The notes beneath the pieces were generated by a model. It searched no databases and was not told where the DNA came from. It worked only from the letters and a program-made list of their open reading frames with translations. Both the position numbers and the translations under genes were made by a program. From Kiritimatiellia bacterium (GTDB lineage: Bacteria; Verrucomicrobiota; Kiritimatiellia; RFP12; UBA3636), in the NCBI GenBank assembly GCA_017457625.1, contig JAFTHC010000072.1:1-47695 (forward strand): a stretch of 47,695 nucleotides of DNA, written 5' to 3'. This document shows positions 42,930-47,695 of the stretch, in pieces (within the stretch, counting starts at the first letter, position 1; the number at the start of each line of letters is the position of its first letter).

Positions 42930-42932
42930 TCC

Positions 42933-43709
42933 ATGAAAAAGTCAGGCTTCACGCTCATCGAGCTGTTGCTCGTGATCGCCGTGATCGGCGTCCTTTCCGG
43001 ACTTCTTTTCACCGGCGTCCTCTCCGTCACCGGCCAGGCCAACGCGAAGCGAGTCGCCAACAACGCGCGGCTCCTGGAGGCGGCCATCCGCGAATACCGC
43101 CACGACAACAAGCGGTGGCCCTTCCCCGACACCGAGCGCCCGACCGCATCGCAGGTCGAGCGCCAGATTTCCGGAACCAAGACGAAATACAAGGACGTCT
43201 CGTGGAAGGTTTCCTACGGCGGTTTTTCCGCGACGACCGGCCAGCTCAATGGCGAAAACAACGACGTCGTCGTCGAAATGCTGCTCAACGGAACGGCCGG
43301 CAAGGGCGGTCCGAAGAAACAGTACCTGGACCTCCGGCCCTTCACGACCACGCTGAAGGGAACCGAGACGACGTTTCCCGTCGAGGAGACGGTTCCCGCC
43401 AACGAAGTCTGGAAAGGCGGCGACCTGCGCAACTACGACGCCAAGGCCCGGACCGACGGCAAGAACATCCCGCTCGTCTACCGCGGCAAATTCGTCAAAT
43501 GCCCCGCCTGCGGGACGCTCCACACCCAGAGCGGATCTCTCACGCATTGCCGCAACAGGGGCTGTCCGGACGCCGTCACGGACGACAGCGGAGAAATCTT
43601 GGGGCATGAATTCACGAAGGACGAACTCCGGAAACTGGTCGACGGCGCCATGCCCTACGTGATCACGTTCGACCTCGTCAACAAAACCGTTTCGGTCTCC
43701 ACCATGTAA
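42933..43709 (+). CDS. prepilin-type pseudopilin with C-terminal Cys4 motif
   Basis: KKSG-FTLIELLLVIAVIGVLSGLL. KCPACGTLHTQSGSLTHCRNRGCPD (CxxC-x13-C-x4-C). Confidence 0.8.
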   Translation: MKKSGFTLIELLLVIAVIGVLSGLLFTGVLSVTGQANAKRVANNARLLEAAIREYRHDNKRWPFPDTERPTASQVERQISGTKTKYKDVSWKVSYGGFSATTGQLNGENNDVVVEMLLNGTAGKGGPKKQYLDLRPFTTTLKGTETTFPVEETVPANEVWKGGDLRNYDAKARTDGKNIPLVYRGKFVKCPACGTLHTQSGSLTHCRNRGCPDAVTDDSGEILGHEFTKDELRKLVDGAMPYVITFDLVNKTVSVSTM

Positions 43710-43753
43710 CGCGGAGAGAGTTGCGGAACCGGACAACCCGACGGAAAGCAGAC

Positions 43754-44590
43754 ATGAACGGACTTCCAGACAATTCCACGGCCCGCGGCCGGCGGTCCGG
43801 CGGCTTCACGCTGCTGGAACTCATCGCCGTGATCGGCATCGTCGCCCTCATGGCCACGGTCGTCGTGGGCGGTTTCACCGGCATGGCGGAGGCGATGGCC
43901 CGGACCGCGGCCTGGCAGTCGCTGCAGCGGGCCGTCATGCTGGCGCGGGAAGACGCAACGATCGACGGCAACGACACGTATCTGTTCGCCGTCGACGTCG
44001 ACCGGTTCTGCCTCGTGCGCAAGGCCGGCGTCGTGACGGGCGTTGTCAACGGAGAGCGGCCCTGGGGCATCGGCGAATCGACGAAAAACTGCAAATGGAT
44101 CGTCGACGAATACGCGGACCTGGCCGACCGGTGGGAATCGCTCGGCGTGACGCTCCAGACGACGGCCGACGGCGACCTGACGACCGAAGCGGCCACGCTC
44201 GCCGAAATCATCACGGAAGACTACGACGGAACGCTCGTCTTCGACATCGACACGGGCTCCTACGCCCGCATCACGACGCCGTCGCACTGGGAGAGTTCCA
44301 TCGACGCGTGGGTGTTCGGCGTCGAAAAGGACGCGTCCGGGTTCGCCGTCAACAACCGCTACGGGTGGGTCACCCAGCCCGTTTACGCCCTTCCGGAAGG
44401 CTGGGTTTTCGAAGGGACCTGGAACGACGACGGGACGAAAAAGGACTCGGCGATCAAGAACATCAAGGTGCACTTCGAACCGGGCGGAAAACTGGAGAAA
44501 TCCGTATCCATCAAACTCGAAAAACCGGCTTCGGGACAGAAAATGGAGATTTCGGTCACGAACACGGGCGTCAAACCCGTCAAAAACTGA
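43754..44590 (+). CDS. prepilin-type pseudopilin
   Basis: RRSGG-FTLLELIAVIGIVALMATVVV. Start at MNGLPD (ATG 43754) inside track ORF 43721..44590. Confidence 0.75.
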   Translation: MNGLPDNSTARGRRSGGFTLLELIAVIGIVALMATVVVGGFTGMAEAMARTAAWQSLQRAVMLAREDATIDGNDTYLFAVDVDRFCLVRKAGVVTGVVNGERPWGIGESTKNCKWIVDEYADLADRWESLGVTLQTTADGDLTTEAATLAEIITEDYDGTLVFDIDTGSYARITTPSHWESSIDAWVFGVEKDASGFAVNNRYGWVTQPVYALPEGWVFEGTWNDDGTKKDSAIKNIKVHFEPGGKLEKSVSIKLEKPASGQKMEISVTNTGVKPVKN

Positions 44591-44638
44591 TTTTCCCCCT
44601 CTCCCCGGAAACGCCACCAGGCATCGAGGACTTCCATC

Positions 44639-45322
44639 ATGAAAACGCTTCGGAACAAAAAATCGGAACGCCCGGGAAACGGCGGATTTTCCATGATCGA
44701 GGTGTCGCTCGCCCTGCTGCTGGCGGCCACCGGTCTGCTGGCCGTGTTCGCGCTGTTCCCGGCCTCTCTCCGGATGAGCGAGGAATCGAGGGCCGACATG
44801 GTCGAATCCACCTTCGCTTCGTCCGTCTTGGAGACGATCGCCGGCAACGTCCGGCAGATCGACGACATCGCCGACTGGAACGATCCGGAAACGTGGTGGA
44901 AAGTCGCTTCGGACAACGGCTCGGTCTTCGGCGGGGCGGTGAAGTCCGCGACGGCCGAACAGTTCAGAGACGCCTGGGAATCCGGAAGCCCGAACGGCTA
45001 CGGGAATTTTTCCCTGTCCACGGTGCAGGTCGCGGGGCTCTACAAGACGAGCGAGAACCGGCCGAACGAGATTTTCTACTACGGGAACGAACTCTTCGAA
45101 AACGAAGTCCCGGCGGGCGCCCGTTCCCTCGAAAAACTCAACGAGCCGCCCCAGTGGCTCCTGCGGCTCCAGGTCGTCCGGCGCACCGCGTCTCCGGGCG
45201 GCGATTCCCGGCTCCCGAACCGCTACGTTGCGACCGTCGTGTCGACCACCACCCCGAAACCGGAACAATACGTGCGCAACGCCTCCTATTCCCGGGAGTT
45301 CACGTTCCTGCACCGCCCCTAA
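44639..45322 (+). CDS. prepilin-type pseudopilin
   Basis: PGNGG-FSMIEVSLALLLAATGLLAVFALF. Confidence 0.75.
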   Translation: MKTLRNKKSERPGNGGFSMIEVSLALLLAATGLLAVFALFPASLRMSEESRADMVESTFASSVLETIAGNVRQIDDIADWNDPETWWKVASDNGSVFGGAVKSATAEQFRDAWESGSPNGYGNFSLSTVQVAGLYKTSENRPNEIFYYGNELFENEVPAGARSLEKLNEPPQWLLRLQVVRRTASPGGDSRLPNRYVATVVSTTTPKPEQYVRNASYSREFTFLHRP

Positions 45323-45356
45323 AGCGCCGGACCCGGCGACCGAAAGACCGAATGAC

Positions 45357-46031
45357 ATGAGACGAAACGAAGGATTCACGCTGATCGAGCTGGTCGTCGC
45401 CACGGCGGTCCTCCTCGTGCTGACCCTCATCATCGGGGCCCTGTTCCGCCAGGCCCTCTCCGCGTGGGACACGGGCCGGATCCGGGGCGAAGGCGGCATG
45501 ATCGTCCGCGGGCTCGTCGGGACCGTTTCCAAGGATTTGACGACCGCGATCGACGGCCGACCCTACGGCTTCGATCTGCCCAAGGCATCCGGCAGTTCGC
45601 TGGATTTCGTCTGTCTGCGCGCGGCCGAGCCGGACGAATCCCCGGCCCGGTTCGAGGTCCACCACATCACCTACAGCGGGGCCACGCGGACGGACAGAGT
45701 CCGGACGGCCAGCGGGTGGACCACGGTTTCGACCGTCGATCTGGCCGATTCGGACAGCAGTTCCTTCACCATCAAGTCGGTCGAATACGCGGCGATCGGG
45801 ATGCCGTCCGCCGCGTCCCAAAAGGCCCGGGGATACGAAACGGAAACCGGCTTTTCCGGCGCCGACTCCGCGAAATGGGGCGGCAATGCAGGCCCGAGCG
45901 CCGTGAAGATCCGGGTGACGTTCCAGGAAAAGGGTCGGTTCGAGGGCTTGGCGGTCCGGTCGAAGGGTCCCAACGGTTTCGGCGACGAGGAGTCCGGCTC
46001 CAAGTTCTCCGACGACATCGTCATCCAATAG
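45357..46031 (+). CDS. prepilin-type pseudopilin (GspJ-like size and position)
   Basis: RRNEG-FTLIELVVATAVLLVLTLIIGALF. Start ATG 45357 inside ORF 45228..46031. Confidence 0.75.
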   Translation: MRRNEGFTLIELVVATAVLLVLTLIIGALFRQALSAWDTGRIRGEGGMIVRGLVGTVSKDLTTAIDGRPYGFDLPKASGSSLDFVCLRAAEPDESPARFEVHHITYSGATRTDRVRTASGWTTVSTVDLADSDSSSFTIKSVEYAAIGMPSAASQKARGYETETGFSGADSAKWGGNAGPSAVKIRVTFQEKGRFEGLAVRSKGPNGFGDEESGSKFSDDIVIQ

Positions 46032-46059
46032 GGCGGGCCGCAAACAGGGAGAATCATCC

Positions 46060-46560
46060 ATGAAGAACCGAAACGCGTTCACCCTCATCGAAATTCTCGT
46101 GGTCGTCTGCGTCATCACGATCCTGATCGGGCTCACGGCGAGCGCCACGTTTTCGGCCCGCCGCAAGGCCAGCGTTTCCGCCGCCACGACCGAAGTCGAA
46201 CAGCTCGCGGCCGCCTGCAAGGCGTATCGCGTCGGAAACCCCGAGGGCGCCTGGCCGCATCCGACCGGCGGCGCCTGGGTCGACGCGAAACGCGACGTGC
46301 TCAAAAAGCTCCTCGGCGGCGACGGCGCGGACGGCCTCCCCGCCCTTCTCGACATCCCCGAAGAGCGGCTGGAAGGCTCCGAAGGCCTCTATCTGGATCC
46401 GTGGGGGAACCCCTACCAGATCAAGACGGCGGCCGACTCGGCCGGCGAGGCCGGCGAAATCAAGATCGACGAAGTCGTCGAGGTCGTCGTTTCGTTTCCG
46501 GGCCAGTTTTCGCGCTACTACGACGCGGAGGACTCCGGCGTGACCTATACCGACCTGTGA
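46060..46560 (+). CDS. gspG: GspG-like major pseudopilin
   Basis: NRNA-FTLIEILVVVCVITILIGL and the GspG-type motif LDPWGNPYQI. Confidence 0.8.
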   Translation: MKNRNAFTLIEILVVVCVITILIGLTASATFSARRKASVSAATTEVEQLAAACKAYRVGNPEGAWPHPTGGAWVDAKRDVLKKLLGGDGADGLPALLDIPEERLEGSEGLYLDPWGNPYQIKTAADSAGEAGEIKIDEVVEVVVSFPGQFSRYYDAEDSGVTYTDL

Positions 46561-46577
46561 CGGAGAAAGGCAGTCCC

Positions 46578-47695
46578 ATGCAGAACACGAACAGCGGCGC
46601 GGAACGGCCGCCCCTCGAAGCCGGAACCGGCGCGCGCGCCGGTTCGGCCCTTGTCATCGTCATCGGATTTCTCGCCGTCCTGACGATCCTCGGCATCGCC
46701 TTTTCGACCTTCGTCCGCACGGAACAGGCCGGGGCGACGAGTCTCAAGAACGCCTTGGTCGCCAAGCAGGCCCTCAACACCGCGATCGGCCGGATCGCCG
46801 AGTCCATCGACCTTTCGTTCGGCGACGTTTCCAACAACTGGGCGATCGGCGTTTGGCCGTATCCATGGTTGGCGTCCTCGAACGAGGAACGCCAGGATTT
46901 CTTCCAGTCCGCGGCGCTCTCGACCGGCGAAAAGCCCGTGGCGCGCATCGTCACCAAGGAAATCGCCGACATGCTCACGCCGGCGCAGCGATACCTCGCG
47001 CGGACCGCGAAATGCTCGTGGGCGCCGATCTACGGGTCGCTCGAGGCGGGTTCGGCGCTTCCAAAGCCGTCGAAGGCGAAGGACATGAACGGACAGGACG
47101 CCCAGTTCGGGCGTTACGGCGTGCAAGGCTACAACTCGTCCGACAGCGTCGTCGGCCGCTACGCGTTCATCGCGATCGAGACGACCGGCCTGCTCGACGC
47201 CAACTGCGCGGGCGGCGGCCGGAGCTCCTCCGGCGAGATCGGCGACACGAGGAAACCCCTCGGGTCCCTCCAGTCCGACTCGTCCGAACCGGGCCGCCTC
47301 TCGACGCGCGGAGAGGACCCGGCGTTCTTCCTGCTGCCCGACACGGCCACGTCGAGCGGCGACGCCGTCCTGAAGGACTGCATCGCGCTGGATCCCGCCG
47401 GAAACGAAATCCCGTTGGCCCTCAAGAACGCGTCGTCGTTCCTCAGAACCCGCAAATCCGTCCAGGGCAACAAAACGACCGGCGGCGCCTTTTCCTCGTT
47501 CGGCGAAATCCGAGCGGCGGCCGGCTCGGCCTTCGACCTCGACCCGCCGGACAAACCGGCGTCCAAGGACAAGGCCTCGTCCGCGTATTTCCCGGCCGAT
47601 CTCTTCTCCATGTTCGCCCCGTCGCTCGAAGACCTCGATCCGGACGGGCTCCAGAAGGTGCGTCTTCTCGGCGAAGGGGAAATGGCCAAACTGCC
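46578..47695 (+). CDS. GspK-like minor pseudopilin, 3' end outside the window
   Basis: Own translation: MQNTNSGAERPPLEAGTGARAGSALVIVIGFLAVLTILGIAFSTFVRTEQAGATSLKNALVAKQALNTAI ... RYAFIAIETTGLLDANCAG. The frame is open to the window end with G/C-rich third positions. It is not in the ORF track because there is no stop. Confidence 0.65.
   Translation, partial: MQNTNSGAERPPLEAGTGARAGSALVIVIGFLAVLTILGIAFSTFVRTEQAGATSLKNALVAKQALNTAIGRIAESIDLSFGDVSNNWAIGVWPYPWLASSNEERQDFFQSAALSTGEKPVARIVTKEIADMLTPAQRYLARTAKCSWAPIYGSLEAGSALPKPSKAKDMNGQDAQFGRYGVQGYNSSDSVVGRYAFIAIETTGLLDANCAGGGRSSSGEIGDTRKPLGSLQSDSSEPGRLSTRGEDPAFFLLPDTATSSGDAVLKDCIALDPAGNEIPLALKNASSFLRTRKSVQGNKTTGGAFSSFGEIRAAAGSAFDLDPPDKPASKDKASSAYFPADLFSMFAPSLEDLDPDGLQKVRLLGEGEMAKL

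Overview
High-GC (roughly 65-70% by eye) chromosomal segment. Its gene content suggests a PVC-superphylum bacterium (Kiritimatiellota, Verrucomicrobiota or Lentisphaerota), based on the many G/A-FTLIEL prepilin genes and Ala/Arg/Pro-rich proteins; this taxonomic guess is inference only.

Four blocks:
1. 1014-5436 (+): six secreted or lipoprotein envelope genes, namely a GxQxGxxN repeat protein, a YcfL-like protein, a PEGA-domain protein, an LpoB-like protein and two unknown lipoproteins.
2. 5452-30857 (+): one tightly packed 21-gene Tad/Flp-type locus. It contains CpaB, a secretin, CpaF, TadB, TadC, two Flp-type pilins, an A24 peptidase, two TadE-like genes and a TadG-like gene. These are interleaved with non-canonical genes: four FHA domains on three proteins (one fused to the CpaF motor), a PP2C phosphatase, a two-kinase-domain membrane Ser/Thr kinase, a second CpaF paralogue, a radical SAM/SPASM enzyme, a secreted lipase-fold protein and several secreted unknowns.
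3. 30904-39602 (-): housekeeping and envelope genes, namely a GH2-like protein, a GT2, a SlyB-like lipoprotein, tRNA-Met, tRNA-Arg, an FmdB zinc ribbon, a serine hydrolase, murG, a fumarase beta-type subunit and a RodZ-like protein.
4. 39779-47695 (+): a T2SS/T4P-like cluster with GspF, seven prepilin-type genes and a partial GspK-like gene.

The main candidate for a new system is block 2, read as a phospho-regulated Tad-derived machine with a lipolytic cargo. Many long ORFs in the supplied track are Arg/Pro/Gly/Ala-rich alternative-frame artefacts of the high GC content and were not called. All family assignments rest on motifs read by eye; no searches were run.
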